Assembly: GCA_965224085.1 (NCBI GenBank)
Contig: CBDCYI010000004.1
Location: 1,728,001 to 1,792,000, forward strand
DNA: 64,000 nucleotides
DNA from: Candidatus Marinacidobacterales bacterium
Lineage (GTDB): Bacteria > Acidobacteriota > Vicinamibacteria > Marinacidobacterales > SMYC01
Direction: 5' to 3'
This document shows positions 30,049-40,952 of the stretch, piece by piece; the stretch's first letter is position 1, and each line of letters begins with the position of its first letter. The notes beneath the pieces are model-generated. The model did no database searches, was not told the DNA's origin, and saw only the letters and a program-made list of their open reading frames with translations. Position numbers and translations under genes: made by a program.

Positions 30049-31506
30049 ATGCTCGTCGAACGCGTCCTCGTCCTGTTCTATCTCGCGGGATGTATCGGCA
30101 TCGGCGTCTACGCTTCGAAAAGAGTCCACAGGTCGCGCGACGAATACTGGGTCGCCGGACGGCGCATCGGGACGTTCGTCAACGCCATAGCGATCATGGC
30201 GAGTCTTGCGAGCGGCGGCTCGATCATCGGGGTCATGGGACTCGCCTATTCTCAAGGCATCCCGGCCACGCTCGCGCTCTTCGCTGGCGCGGTGATTGGC
30301 TTTCCGCTCGCTTCACTGCTCGTCGCGCGCCCCCTGCGAAATTTCGGCCGATACACGATCACAGACTTTCTCGCGCACCGCTATCCGTCGGCGATCGTCC
30401 GCTACCTCGTTCCCATCCTCATCATCATCGCCTTTACCATTTACATCGTCGCGCAAATGAAGGCCGCAGGCATCACCGCCAACGCACTTCTCGGCATCCC
30501 CTATGACACCGCCCTCACGCTAGCGACCGTCGTCTTCATCCTCTACGTCTCGATAGGCGGGATGATCGCCATCACTTGGACCGACGTCATCCAAGGTCTT
30601 CTCATTCTCGCCGTGGTGGTGGGGACGGCGCTCGTCATGGTCTGGCGCATCGGCTCACCCTTCGAGCTCATGGACCAGGCGACGCGCGCCGCTCCGGAGC
30701 TCGGTCGCGTCACCAATCAGCCCGTCTCGAGTTATCTCGGCTATTTTGTGATCTGGGCCACGGCCATACCCGTCATCCCCCACATCGTCATGCGTGTGTT
30801 CACCGCGAAGGACGCGCGCGGCGCGCGGTTGTCACTCAATATCGCGATGATCGCCTACAGCGTGATGATCCTCGCAGCTTGTCTCGCGATCGTGCCCGTC
30901 GGCAAGCTGAACTTTCCCGGGCTCGCTGATGCGGATCAAGTCTTTCTCCGCGTGATGGAATCGGAGTTCCCGCCCGTCATCCGCGGGATCGCCGTCGCCG
31001 CCGTCTTGGCAGCAGTGATGTCCACGACCGACGCGCTCCTGCTCGCGTGCAGCTCCGCCATCGCGCACGATTTGCTCGGGAGCCTTTTGCGTGAGCGCGC
31101 GAGCGAAAAAACGCTCACCGCCATCCGCATCGGCTCCGCCTGGGGAATCGGACTTCTGGCGCTCTACTGGGCGTTCTCCCCGCCCGAGCTCATTTCCCAG
31201 TTCTACACGGCCGGAGTGGGGATTCTCAGCGCGAGCCTCTTCGTCCCGACCGTCGCCGGCATTTGGTGGAAGCGCGCGAATTGGCTAGGCGGCGTCCTCG
31301 CTCTCGTACTCGGCGCCGTCACATACGTCGTCATTTACGGCTTCGGGCATTTCGCTATCCTCAACGTCGGGCTCTCGCCCATCCTCGTGGCCCTCCCCGT
31401 GAGCGCGGTCGCAATGCTTACCGGTGGTCTCATTGGGAGCCCCGAATCCGACGCGATGATCGAGCACATCGCGAGCCTCCACAGGAGTGACGCCGAGACG
31501 ACGTGA
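30049..31506 (+). CDS. Sodium:solute symporter
   Basis: YWVAGRRIG, YTITDFL, GGMIAITWTDVIQG, LAAVMSTTD. Confidence 0.93.
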   Translation: MLVERVLVLFYLAGCIGIGVYASKRVHRSRDEYWVAGRRIGTFVNAIAIMASLASGGSIIGVMGLAYSQGIPATLALFAGAVIGFPLASLLVARPLRNFGRYTITDFLAHRYPSAIVRYLVPILIIIAFTIYIVAQMKAAGITANALLGIPYDTALTLATVVFILYVSIGGMIAITWTDVIQGLLILAVVVGTALVMVWRIGSPFELMDQATRAAPELGRVTNQPVSSYLGYFVIWATAIPVIPHIVMRVFTAKDARGARLSLNIAMIAYSVMILAACLAIVPVGKLNFPGLADADQVFLRVMESEFPPVIRGIAVAAVLAAVMSTTDALLLACSSAIAHDLLGSLLRERASEKTLTAIRIGSAWGIGLLALYWAFSPPELISQFYTAGVGILSASLFVPTVAGIWWKRANWLGGVLALVLGAVTYVVIYGFGHFAILNVGLSPILVALPVSAVAMLTGGLIGSPESDAMIEHIASLHRSDAETT

Positions 31507-32949
31507 ATTTCGACCCCGTCTTCAGGTGGTTTCTCGGCGTCACGCTCGTCGCTTACGTCGTGGGCCTCTACGCACTCGCGTTTCGCATGCGCGGGCGCAT
31601 CCAGAGCAGCGAGGACTTCATCGTCGCCGGTCGGCGGCTGAGCTTCACGCTCGCGACAGCGACGCTTCTGGGTACATGGTTCGGCGCCGGGACGATTCTC
31701 GCCGCTGCGGACGAAGTTCGCCGCGAAGGATTGCAAAGCGCCGCGCTCGAGCCCTTCGGCGCCGGCTTCTGTCTCATCGTCGCCGCGTTGTTCTTCGCAC
31801 GACCGCTCTGGGAGATGAAACTCCTCACGGTGAGCGATTTTTTTCGCCGTAAGTTCGACAAACGTGCGGAGGTCGTTTCCGCCGCGGTGATGGTGCCGAG
31901 CTATTTTGGCTGGATCGCCGCTCAGTTCGTCGCCTTCGCGGGGATGCTCGATCTGTTCTTCGGCCTGGACATGACTGTGGGTATCGTGCTCGTCGCCGTG
32001 GTGGCCGTCGGCTACACACTCATAGGCGGCATGTGGTCGGTCACTTTGACCGATGCGTTTCAAATCAGCCTCGTCATGATCGGGCTCGTCGCTCTCGCGT
32101 GGACCACGCTCGCGACGCTCGGCGACGGTAGCGTGCTTTCTGGGCTCGTCCGGCTCTGGGCCGACACCCCACCCGAGATGCGCGAGCCCATCCCCATGGG
32201 ATCAATTCAGCTTCTTTTCGAGTGGCTTGCCGTTTTCGCCGTGGGCGCTCTCGGGAACATCCCAGGCCAGGATTTGATGCAGCGCATTTTTTTTGGCGCG
32301 ATGGGCGCGCACCGCGGTGAAGGCCTGCTATGCCGGCGGGTTTCTCTACATCACCTTCGGCCTCATCCCTGTCACCCTCGGGATCGCGGGGCGCATCCTG
32401 ACACCCGACAGCCTGGAGCACGCCATTCTCCCTGCGCTCGCGCTGAGCTTCTTGGAACCGATCCCTGCCGTCTTCTTCACGGTCGTTCTCGCTTCCGCCG
32501 TGCTCTCCACGATCGATAGCGCTATCCTCTCCCCAGCCAGCGTTTTGTCGCAGAACGTTCTCGAATATGTGAACCGCGGCTTCTTCTCTTCTCTGACGTT
32601 GACGCGGATCGCCGTCGTGATCGTGACCATCGCTAGCCTCGGCTTCGCATTTGCCGGCGAGAGCGCTTACACGCTTCTCGAAGACGCTTACGAGCTTCCT
32701 CTAGTCGGTATGTTCGTGCCGCTCGCCATGGGCCTCTACCGTAAGCCGGTTTCGGCGATGCCGGCGATCGCGTCCATGCTCGTCGGGCTCGGGCTCTGGC
32801 TCGTTCACTACTTCGCCGACTGGAGCTATTTCTTCGAGCCGTGGACATCGGGCCTTCCGTTGAAGCCTGAAGCGTCTCTCACGATGACTGCGTTCAGTCT
32901 ACTCGCCTATCTCGTCACCGAGCTCGCCACGAAAGAAAGGCCGACATGA
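31503..32949 (+). pseudogene. Second sodium:solute symporter (choline-transporter-like), frameshifted in a T8 run at about 32287-32294
   Basis: FIVAGRRL, GGMWSVTLTD, GNIPGQDLMQRIF, continuing in another frame with ASAVLSTIDSAIL. Confidence 0.85.
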
Positions 32950-32982
32950 GCGATCGCGTGTCCTCTGATGCTCAACAATCGC

Positions 32983-34188
32983 CTAGGGAGCCAGGCTGAC
33001 GGCGGCGGGATCGAGCAGAAAAAGACCTTGCTCGATGCCGCTCACGGCGACGACGCCGCTCGGGAAGAATGGATAAACGCTCCAGGCGCCGTTGAACGTT
33101 CGCGCGTTGTCTAGAGGGTAAATATCGAAGAAACCGGCGGGATTGAGCTTTCCATCCGCGACGCCGTCGAGATTGAACAAGCGGAGCCCCGCGCGGTAGT
33201 TCGCCTGATAGACGAGTCGGCCGCGAACATAGAGATTGTGATCGATCGCGGGATAGGGAGCTTCGTGTATGCCAATGAGCAGCGGACGGTCGAGGTCGGT
33301 CAGATCCCAGACCCTCGTCAGCGTGTTGTGGGCGAAGTCCTGCTCGTCGGCCTCGTCGCCAAGAAGTAGAAACATGTGGTCGTCGCTCGTCCAGCCCTGA
33401 TGCGTATAGCCGACGCCGGGATAGCTCGTGCGTGAGATCGAGCGAGGGGCCGCCTTGTTCGTCACATCGACGATGGTGAGCGTGTCCTCGTTGAACGCGA
33501 AGCAGACTTCGCTGCCTCGGTAGTCGCTATCAGGCCCAACATAAGAGACACACTGCGCGTCGTGCGTATAGCCATCGGCGCTGAAGCACCCGGCGAATTG
33601 CGGCTTCCGCGGCTTGTCAAGGTTGACCATGTGCAGGCCGCCGCGACATGTATTGGACCCCAAAATGTATCCGAATCCCGAGTCCTCGTTGATCGCGATG
33701 TTGTGCGCATTCGACAAAGATTCCGTGTCGTAATGCGCTACCGTCGAGAGCTCGACAGGCGGCACCGCCACTTCGAGAAGCGCCTTGAGGTCGAAGACTT
33801 GCATGCCGTGGCCGGGAGCTTCGGAGACGACGAAAGCGTGGTGTTTGTGGACCTTGACGTCGCGCCAGGAGCTCGACGCCGTTCGCGTGGGGAGCCGTCC
33901 CATATAGATCGGCGCAGTCGGGTTCGTGATCTCGACGAAGGCCGTGCCATTTCTCATCCCGAGGAGCACGAATTCCCGTCCCGTCTCGCCGTCGGTCCAT
34001 CCCCAAAGGTCGTGCGCCTCGACCGCCCCACTTCCCAGTTGCTCGAGCGGCATGAAGGCGAGCAAGTCGACACGGTTGCAGGGAAAGCCGCCCGCTGTGC
34101 CGGCCACACAAGGTTGGGCCCCACTCGTAAGGGACGTCGTGAGCACGATCACGAAGCCGAGCGCCCCGAGTACTGTTGTCGATCGCAT
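32983..34188 (-). CDS. Choice-of-anchor B family secreted protein
   Basis: FPCNRVDLL, DLWGWTD, SSWRDVKV, GYTHDAQC, YTHQGW, GAWSVYPFFPSG. Confidence 0.88.
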   Translation of the reverse strand: MRSTTVLGALGFVIVLTTSLTSGAQPCVAGTAGGFPCNRVDLLAFMPLEQLGSGAVEAHDLWGWTDGETGREFVLLGMRNGTAFVEITNPTAPIYMGRLPTRTASSSWRDVKVHKHHAFVVSEAPGHGMQVFDLKALLEVAVPPVELSTVAHYDTESLSNAHNIAINEDSGFGYILGSNTCRGGLHMVNLDKPRKPQFAGCFSADGYTHDAQCVSYVGPDSDYRGSEVCFAFNEDTLTIVDVTNKAAPRSISRTSYPGVGYTHQGWTSDDHMFLLLGDEADEQDFAHNTLTRVWDLTDLDRPLLIGIHEAPYPAIDHNLYVRGRLVYQANYRAGLRLFNLDGVADGKLNPAGFFDIYPLDNARTFNGAWSVYPFFPSGVVAVSGIEQGLFLLDPAAVSLAP

Positions 34189-34229
34189 GCTCACATTGTA
34201 GAGGATATTTACGGATGAACTGGTGTTTT

Positions 34230-34633
34230 ATAGACCACGCCGCCTTTCATCACGAACTTTAATGAAACCCGATTCGAGCGTGATCTTTGGCATGCGCGAC
34301 GCTGTAGATCGCTTCATAGGCAACCGACTCTTGAAGCTTGTGGGTGTCGCCGCCATCACCAGGCCTCCCCGCTATGTGGACGTGGCAATCGATGAGCCCC
34401 GGCAAGACGGTATAGCTACTGAGATCGATCACGCGCATACCGGACGGAACGGCGACGTTGGCTCCGACCCTTTCGACCTTGCCGTCACGGATGACGATAA
34501 CGGGATTCTCCATCGGCGCGTCGAAGCTCGGATCCACGAGAAGCGACGCGCGCACAGCAACGTCCTGGCAGAAGGCCGGCACCGAGACCACGGCGAGAAC
34601 AGATATGACAAACAACGATCGGATGCGACCCAT
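34230..34633 (-). pseudogene. N-terminal fragment of a secreted amidohydrolase
   Basis: Signal peptide; IDLSSYTVLPGLIDCHVH; frameshift before ITLESGF, then the gene breaks off. Confidence 0.75.
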
Positions 34634-34665
34634 GATTATCCTCCCCGGTGAGCGAGGCGAGGATG

Positions 34666-35862
34666 CTAGCACAGATCTTCGTCGAGAAAGCCGACGACGT
34701 GCTCAGCGATAGCGAGCGCGCTCGTCGCTGCAGGAGAAGGCGCGTTCAAGACATGGACGACGTCGTCGATGCGCTGGATGCAGAAATCGTCCACGAGGTT
34801 GCCATCGTGCTCGAGGGCCATGGCGCGCACACCCGCGCCGCCCACCTCGAGATCGTCGCCTGTGACTTCCGGGACGAGGCGTTTGAGCGCGCGAACGAAG
34901 GCGACCTTCGAGAGCGATCGATAATACTCGAGAGCCGCCCGAGTCCAATGTTTTCTTGCCATGCGCCAAAAACCAGCGAAACGCAGCATCTCGCCGACAT
35001 CTGTCCAGTCGACGTCCAGCTTGCGATAGCCTTCCCGCGCAAGCGCCAGCACCGCGTTCGGGCCCGCCTCGATCTCACCGTCGACGCGCCGCGTAAAGTG
35101 CACGCCGAGAAAAGGAAATTGTGGGTCGGGCACGGGATAGATGAGGTTTTTGACGAGACAACGCCGCCGCGGCTTCAGGCGATAATACTCGCCCCGGAAA
35201 GGGACGACGAGAAGCTTCTTCGCACCATCCGAAAACTTGGCGACGCGGTCCGCTTGAAGGCCCGCGCAACACACGACGCGTCTCGCTTCCATGTCGCCCG
35301 CGCTCGACACCACGACGGTAGAGCCCGAGCATCGTTCCAGACCGAACACGCGCGCGCTTTTTTGTATCCTCCCGCCGGCGCTTTCGATCCGCTCGCCGAG
35401 TTTTTCGGCGACGTCACGATAGCCGACGATGCCAGTCTCGGGCGAGAGCAACGCCGCAACACCTTTCGCGTGAGGCTCGATCTCCTCGAGCGCATTGCTT
35501 GAGAGAAGCTCGAGCCCGGAGACGCCGTTCGCCAAGCCACGCTCGTAGAGACCGTGAAGGCGCACCCGCTCATTCTCATTGGTAGCGACGATGACTTTGC
35601 CGCAGAGATCGTAAGCAACATCGTTGGCCGCGCAAAACTCCGTGAGCTTGCGGCTGCCTGCGCGGCAGATGCGCGCTTTCAGAGATCCAGGCTCGTAGTA
35701 GATGCCTGAGTGGATGACCCCGCTATTATGTCCCGTCTGATGAGCGGCAAGTGTCTTCTCTTTCTCGAGTAGAACGACCGATGCTTCCGGCTTCTTTTGC
35801 AAAAGCTCGTGGGCCGTTGCCAGACCGACGATTCCTCCGCCCACGACCACAACATCGTACAC
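34666..35862 (-). CDS. lhgO: L-2-hydroxyglutarate oxidase
   Basis: GGGIVGLA, HQTGHNSGVIHSGIYY, IYPVPDP.FPFLGVH, NAPSPAATS. Confidence 0.93.
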   Translation of the reverse strand: MYDVVVVGGGIVGLATAHELLQKKPEASVVLLEKEKTLAAHQTGHNSGVIHSGIYYEPGSLKARICRAGSRKLTEFCAANDVAYDLCGKVIVATNENERVRLHGLYERGLANGVSGLELLSSNALEEIEPHAKGVAALLSPETGIVGYRDVAEKLGERIESAGGRIQKSARVFGLERCSGSTVVVSSAGDMEARRVVCCAGLQADRVAKFSDGAKKLLVVPFRGEYYRLKPRRRCLVKNLIYPVPDPQFPFLGVHFTRRVDGEIEAGPNAVLALAREGYRKLDVDWTDVGEMLRFAGFWRMARKHWTRAALEYYRSLSKVAFVRALKRLVPEVTGDDLEVGGAGVRAMALEHDGNLVDDFCIQRIDDVVHVLNAPSPAATSALAIAEHVVGFLDEDLC

Positions 35863-36269
35863 AGACCGATTTATGGATCGGAAAGGCGGAAAAGGTCAAT
35901 TCCCGCCTCGTGCCCGAAGCGCCTCTGCTACGCGAACAGTATCGACGAGTTTCTCGATGGCCGCACGCGACCACGTCGCGCTTCGGGTACGGGTAGTGCT
36001 CGAGCTAGCGTAGTAAGAAGAGGGAGTACGATGCAAAGAAGTGAGAGCCGAAGCCTTCGAGCGTGAGCCACCTACTTACCTCCAGTCTCTCTGTTCTCAC
36101 CGCTTCCCTGTTCATGTTGGACGAAGAGTCCGTGTGTAAGTTCGGACTCAAAACTCACTTCGATAATGTTTTTTTTTATCGCTCGACACGACTTCATTCT
36201 ATTGAACGAAAATTCAACGAAATAGTTGAACTTCCGCTAAACTGACGACATGTCAAGTAAGAGCCGTCG

Positions 36270-37352
36270 ATGAGTTCAAAGTGCCGCGTCGTCGCGTTGT
36301 CGCTTCTTCCGCTCGCTCTGTCGGGCTCCTATCTCGCTTTCCAGTTCCCCGCCGTCACCGATGCGCTCTACTCGAAAAGGTTGTACCTGCTCGCCGTGCG
36401 CGGTTTCGCGATGTTCCGACTTTTGCCGTTCTCGTTGGCAGAGCCTCTTTTCGTAGCGCTCGTCCTGCTACTCGTCTACCAGATCTACCGTTCGTCGAGA
36501 GACAAACGACACCGGATCCGACGAGCCGTCGTTGCGATTTGGGTGGGTGCCGGGGCGGTCGCGCTCGCGTTTCTGTTTCTCTGGGGATTCAACTACGCGA
36601 GACCTTCTCTTCAAGACAGGCTAGGCTTGTCGAGAGAGGGAATCGAAGCCAGCGCGGTCCTCGACGCGGGAAGGCGCGCTGCGATGCTCACTTCGGATCT
36701 CTATGAAGAGCTTCTTCCCGTGGCGTCGCCGACTGCCTTACCGTTCGATTTCGAAGAGTTGAACCTTCTGCTCGACGACGCTTACGATCGCCTCGCGCTA
36801 CCTGGGGATGCGCTGTCGTTCCAACCCGCACCGGCGAAGCCGCTCTTAAGCTCTACGTTTTTCTCTTATCTCGGTATCAGCGGGATCTTCATTCCTTTCA
36901 CCGGCGAGCCTTCCGTCAACGCGCTTCAACCCGATGTCGCGCTTCCCATGGTCGTCGCGCATGAAAAAGCGCACCAGCGCGGGATTACCCATGAAGGCGA
37001 AGCGAACTTCGCGGCGTTTCTCGCCTGCGCCCAGGCCGATAACGCGACCTATTTCCGCTACGCCGCCTATCTCTTCGCGACGCGCTATCTCCTAGGCGAA
37101 GCGTCCAACTATCGCCCGCGCGATGAGGTCGACGCAGCATGGGAGCTTTTGAGCAACGGCCCCAAAGACGACATTCGAGCCATCCGAGATTTCTGGCGCC
37201 GCTACGAAGGCCCCGCGGCTGTCGTTGTCACCACGATGAACGATCAATATCTCAGGACGATGCAGGTTCCCGATGGTGCCCAAAGCTACGGCACCGTCGT
37301 GAAGATGCTCTTGGCACTTGACCGGGAAGGGGGGCTTTTCCCGGGGCACTAA
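36270..37352 (+). CDS. DUF3810-like membrane-anchored zincin protein
   Basis: WGFNYAR, GISGIFIPFTGE, HEKAHQRG..EGEANF. Confidence 0.85.
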   Translation: MSSKCRVVALSLLPLALSGSYLAFQFPAVTDALYSKRLYLLAVRGFAMFRLLPFSLAEPLFVALVLLLVYQIYRSSRDKRHRIRRAVVAIWVGAGAVALAFLFLWGFNYARPSLQDRLGLSREGIEASAVLDAGRRAAMLTSDLYEELLPVASPTALPFDFEELNLLLDDAYDRLALPGDALSFQPAPAKPLLSSTFFSYLGISGIFIPFTGEPSVNALQPDVALPMVVAHEKAHQRGITHEGEANFAAFLACAQADNATYFRYAAYLFATRYLLGEASNYRPRDEVDAAWELLSNGPKDDIRAIRDFWRRYEGPAAVVVTTMNDQYLRTMQVPDGAQSYGTVVKMLLALDREGGLFPGH

Positions 37353-37427
37353 AACGATATAGGAAGAAGGCGAGGGGAAGAAGGCGCAACGAAAAGACTC
37401 TTTGCTTATTCGCGTTGAAAAAAATGG

Positions 37428-38876
37428 CTAGAACGATTCGGCTAGTTCGACGAAGGTCTTGACTCCGAAGCCGGTTGCACCTTCGGGGTAGTACTTCCAT
37501 TTTCGTTCCAGGATGAACGGGCCGGCGATATCTAGATGAGCCCACAGGGCGCCGTCGGGGACGAATTCCTGGAGGAAGAGACCTGCGGTGATAGCGCCTG
37601 CGAATTTGCCGCCGATATTGTTTAGGTCCGCATAGGGCGTTTTTAGAAGCTCACGATATTCCTCGATCAGAGGGAGCTCCCAATAGACTTCACCGTGGCG
37701 CGCGCCCGCATCGATGACGGCCCGCACGAGACCGGGATCGTTTCCCATGATGCCCGCGACCGAAGTTCCGAGCGCGCGGATGACCGCGCCCGTGAGGGTT
37801 GCGGCGTCGACGATATGGGTCGCTTTCTCTTCTCCCGCGCGAGCGAGTGCATCGGTCAGCACTAGGCGTCCTTCCGCATCCGTGTTGTCGACCATCACGG
37901 ATTTTCCGTTTTTGGCGACAAAGATGTCGCCCGGCCTCTGCGCTTTGGGGCCGGGGAAATTCTCCGCGGCAGCGACGATGCCAGTAACGGCCACCTTGGG
38001 CTTCAACTTCGCGATCGCTGCCATGGCGGCGAGCACCGCGGCACCTCCCGCCATGTCGCCCTTCATCGTCCACATGCCTTCGGAAGGCTTGATGGAGATA
38101 CCGCCGGTATCGAACGTGATGCCCTTGCCTACAAGAGCGAGGTGGTGTTTCGATTTTTTCGCCGGCCGGTAACGAAGCACGATGAGACAGGGCGGGTAGA
38201 GGCTTCCCTTCCCCACCGCGACGAGGCCGGTATAGCCCTGCTTTTCGAGCTGTGCGCCCGAGACGATCGTAGCTCGGAGCTTGCCCGCGGTGGCGATCTT
38301 CCGCGCAAATGCTGCGAGTGTCTTGGGGTAGACGCGATCACCAGGCTCGTTGACGAGATCGCGAGCGTGGTTGACCTGCTCGCTCACTACTTTGTAGCGA
38401 GTCAGAACGCGCTCCGCCTTTTTTTGTTCGGCAGGGCGACAAACGAGACTCACCGATGCTTTGCGTCCGCTCTTCTCTTTGCGATATTTGTCGAAGCGAT
38501 AGTCGCCGAGAACGAAGCCCTCCGTAGCGCTTCCCACATAGTCCAAGCCGTTCGCGCCATCGAGGACTAGTGCTAATTTCGAGTGGCCGTAATCCGAAGC
38601 GAAGGCGAGCGCGCGCGTCGCGAAAATCTTTACGCTCTCCTTAAGGTCGTAAACCTTCTCGTGCGTCGACGAGTAAACGACGAGCGTTTTACCGTCGAAG
38701 GTTCTCACAACTTCCCGATGAACCCGATCTTTACGAAAATCTTTGCGCACTTCGGCGAGCGCTTTTCCGAGCGGCGAGCTACCGGTCCCGAACAGTTGCA
38801 CGTCGGGGTCGTCGATCGCGATGACGAGGTCCGCTTTTATCCTTTCGATGCTCTGTGTCGTCAGTGATAGCTTCAT
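37428..38876 (-). CDS. pepA: Leucyl aminopeptidase (M17)
   Basis: VGKGITFDTGG, MKGDMAG, NTDAEGRL, ATLTGA, HLDIAG. Confidence 0.95.
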   Translation of the reverse strand: MKLSLTTQSIERIKADLVIAIDDPDVQLFGTGSSPLGKALAEVRKDFRKDRVHREVVRTFDGKTLVVYSSTHEKVYDLKESVKIFATRALAFASDYGHSKLALVLDGANGLDYVGSATEGFVLGDYRFDKYRKEKSGRKASVSLVCRPAEQKKAERVLTRYKVVSEQVNHARDLVNEPGDRVYPKTLAAFARKIATAGKLRATIVSGAQLEKQGYTGLVAVGKGSLYPPCLIVLRYRPAKKSKHHLALVGKGITFDTGGISIKPSEGMWTMKGDMAGGAAVLAAMAAIAKLKPKVAVTGIVAAAENFPGPKAQRPGDIFVAKNGKSVMVDNTDAEGRLVLTDALARAGEEKATHIVDAATLTGAVIRALGTSVAGIMGNDPGLVRAVIDAGARHGEVYWELPLIEEYRELLKTPYADLNNIGGKFAGAITAGLFLQEFVPDGALWAHLDIAGPFILERKWKYYPEGATGFGVKTFVELAESF

Positions 38877-38882
38877 CGTCTC

Positions 38883-40850
38883 CTACTCCGCTTCATCAGC
38901 GTATTTCTCTTTGAGTTTTTCGATCACCGTCGGGTCCGCGAGCGTCGTCGTATCGCCGAGCGCTTTGCCTTCCGCGATATCGCGCAAAAGCCGCCGCATG
39001 ATCTTGCCGGATCGGGTTTTTGGTAGATCCGCGGTCAGAATGATGTCGTCGGGACGGGCGATGGCCCCGATGCGTTTGACCACGTGCTGTTTCAAATCAT
39101 CCAAGAGGGACGGCGGCGCCGGCCGCCCTTCCTTGAGGGTGACGAAAGCTGCAATCGCCTGGCCCTTGATGTCGTGCGCCCTTCCTACGACCGCGGCTTC
39201 GGCAACATCCGGATAGTCGACGAGCGCGCTTTCGACCTCCATCGTCCCGATTCGATGGCCAGAGACGTTCAAAACGTCGTCGATGCGCCCGAGAATCCAA
39301 AAATAGCCATCGGCATCGCGCTTGGCGCCGTCTCCTGGAAAATAGACCTCGTTCGACCACTTGCTCCAGTAGGTCGAAACGTAGCGCTCCGGATCACCGT
39401 AAATGCCACGGAGCATAGAAGGCCAAGGACCTTTGATGGCGAGAAACCCGCCGCCGACCTCGACCGTGCTCCCCGTGCCCGTTACGATATCCAGCTGGAT
39501 CCCGGGGAACGGCTTCGTCGCCGAGCCCGGCTTGGTATCCGTTACTCCCGGAAGCGGCGTACACATGATCGCGCCGGTCTCGGTCTGCCACCACGTATCC
39601 ACGACGGGACAACGCTCGCCGCCGATGTGCTCGTGGTACCACATCCACGCTTCCGGATTGATGGGCTCGCCCACCGTTCCGAGGAGTCTCAGAGACGACA
39701 AGTCGTGTTTCTCCGGCCACTCCGTGCCCCACTTCATGAAAGCGCGGATGGCCGTGGGCGCCGTATAGAAACACGTCACCCCATATTCCTCGACGATCGA
39801 CCAGAAGCGGTCTTTGTCAGGCCAGTCGGGCGAGCCTTCGTACATCACACCGGTGACGCCGAGAGCGAGTGGCCCATAGACGATATAGCTGTGGCCCGTC
39901 ACCCAGCCGATATCGGCCGCGGCCCACCAAACGTCATCGTCTTTGAGATCGAAGACATATTTAGTCGTGGCCGCGACCTGCGTCAGATAGCCCCCCGTCG
40001 TATGGACGATGCCCTTGGGTTTTCCCGTCGTGCCAGAGGTGTAGAGGATGTAGAGCATGTCCTCCGCATCCATCGGCTCGGGCTCGCAATAGTTGTCGAC
40101 GTCGTCCACGAGAACGTGCCACCAGTGATCGCGTCCCTCTTCGAAGCGGATGTGAAAATCGCCGCGTTTGACGACGACGACGTGCTCGACACTCGGCGCA
40201 CCTTCGACCGCCTCGTCGGCCAATTTCTTCAACGGAACGATGTTTCCGCGGCGGTACCCGCCATTTGCAGTTATCACGAGCTTGGCTTCGGCATCGTTGA
40301 TGCGATCTCGAAGCGAGTCCGCGCTGAAGCCACCGAAAACGACACTATGCACGGCGCCAACACGGGTGCAAGCCAGCATCGCGATCGGAAGCTCGGGGAT
40401 CATCGGAAGATAGATCGCGACCCTATCGCCCTTGCGTACGCCCAGTTTCTTCAGCACATTGGCGAACCGATTGACCTCGCGGTAGAGATCCCAATAGGTG
40501 AGCGTGCGTCGGTCGCCAGGCTCACCCTCCCAGATGAGCGCAGCTTTGTTGCGGCGGGCGGTCGCGACATGACGGTCGATACAGTTGGCGCTCACGTTTA
40601 TCTTTCCGCCAACGAACCACTTCGCGTGAGGAGGATTCCAGGAGAGCACCTCGCTAAAGGGCTCCATCCACTCGAGCTCACCCGCCATCCGGGCCCAGAA
40701 AGCCTCGGAATCCTTGTCCGCTTCGTCGTAGAGCGACACGTCACTCACGTGAGCCTTTTCCCGAAAGGCCTCGGACGGAGAGAACTTCCTACCCTCTTGA
40801 AGCAGAGCGTCAATCTCAATCTCCGCGCTTGCATCCTCGCCGTCACTCAT
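38883..40850 (-). CDS. acs: Acetate-CoA ligase
   Basis: [44 protein letters not shown]. Confidence 0.97.
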   Translation of the reverse strand: MSDGEDASAEIEIDALLQEGRKFSPSEAFREKAHVSDVSLYDEADKDSEAFWARMAGELEWMEPFSEVLSWNPPHAKWFVGGKINVSANCIDRHVATARRNKAALIWEGEPGDRRTLTYWDLYREVNRFANVLKKLGVRKGDRVAIYLPMIPELPIAMLACTRVGAVHSVVFGGFSADSLRDRINDAEAKLVITANGGYRRGNIVPLKKLADEAVEGAPSVEHVVVVKRGDFHIRFEEGRDHWWHVLVDDVDNYCEPEPMDAEDMLYILYTSGTTGKPKGIVHTTGGYLTQVAATTKYVFDLKDDDVWWAAADIGWVTGHSYIVYGPLALGVTGVMYEGSPDWPDKDRFWSIVEEYGVTCFYTAPTAIRAFMKWGTEWPEKHDLSSLRLLGTVGEPINPEAWMWYHEHIGGERCPVVDTWWQTETGAIMCTPLPGVTDTKPGSATKPFPGIQLDIVTGTGSTVEVGGGFLAIKGPWPSMLRGIYGDPERYVSTYWSKWSNEVYFPGDGAKRDADGYFWILGRIDDVLNVSGHRIGTMEVESALVDYPDVAEAAVVGRAHDIKGQAIAAFVTLKEGRPAPPSLLDDLKQHVVKRIGAIARPDDIILTADLPKTRSGKIMRRLLRDIAEGKALGDTTTLADPTVIEKLKEKYADEAE

Positions 40851-40952
40851 CACAAACCCTCCTTCCACGAAACTCCCATCCGAGATTCTACGACATGTCC
40901 TCCTGTCGGTATACTGGATGTAGTCCCACGAAACCGAGACAGGTGGCCGAAG

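Noticed and set aside
39084-40952. 1082-aa ORF as a giant rhomboid fusion
   Set aside because: The first roughly 620 codons are the antisense shadow of acs and its upstream region; the real start is ATG 40953
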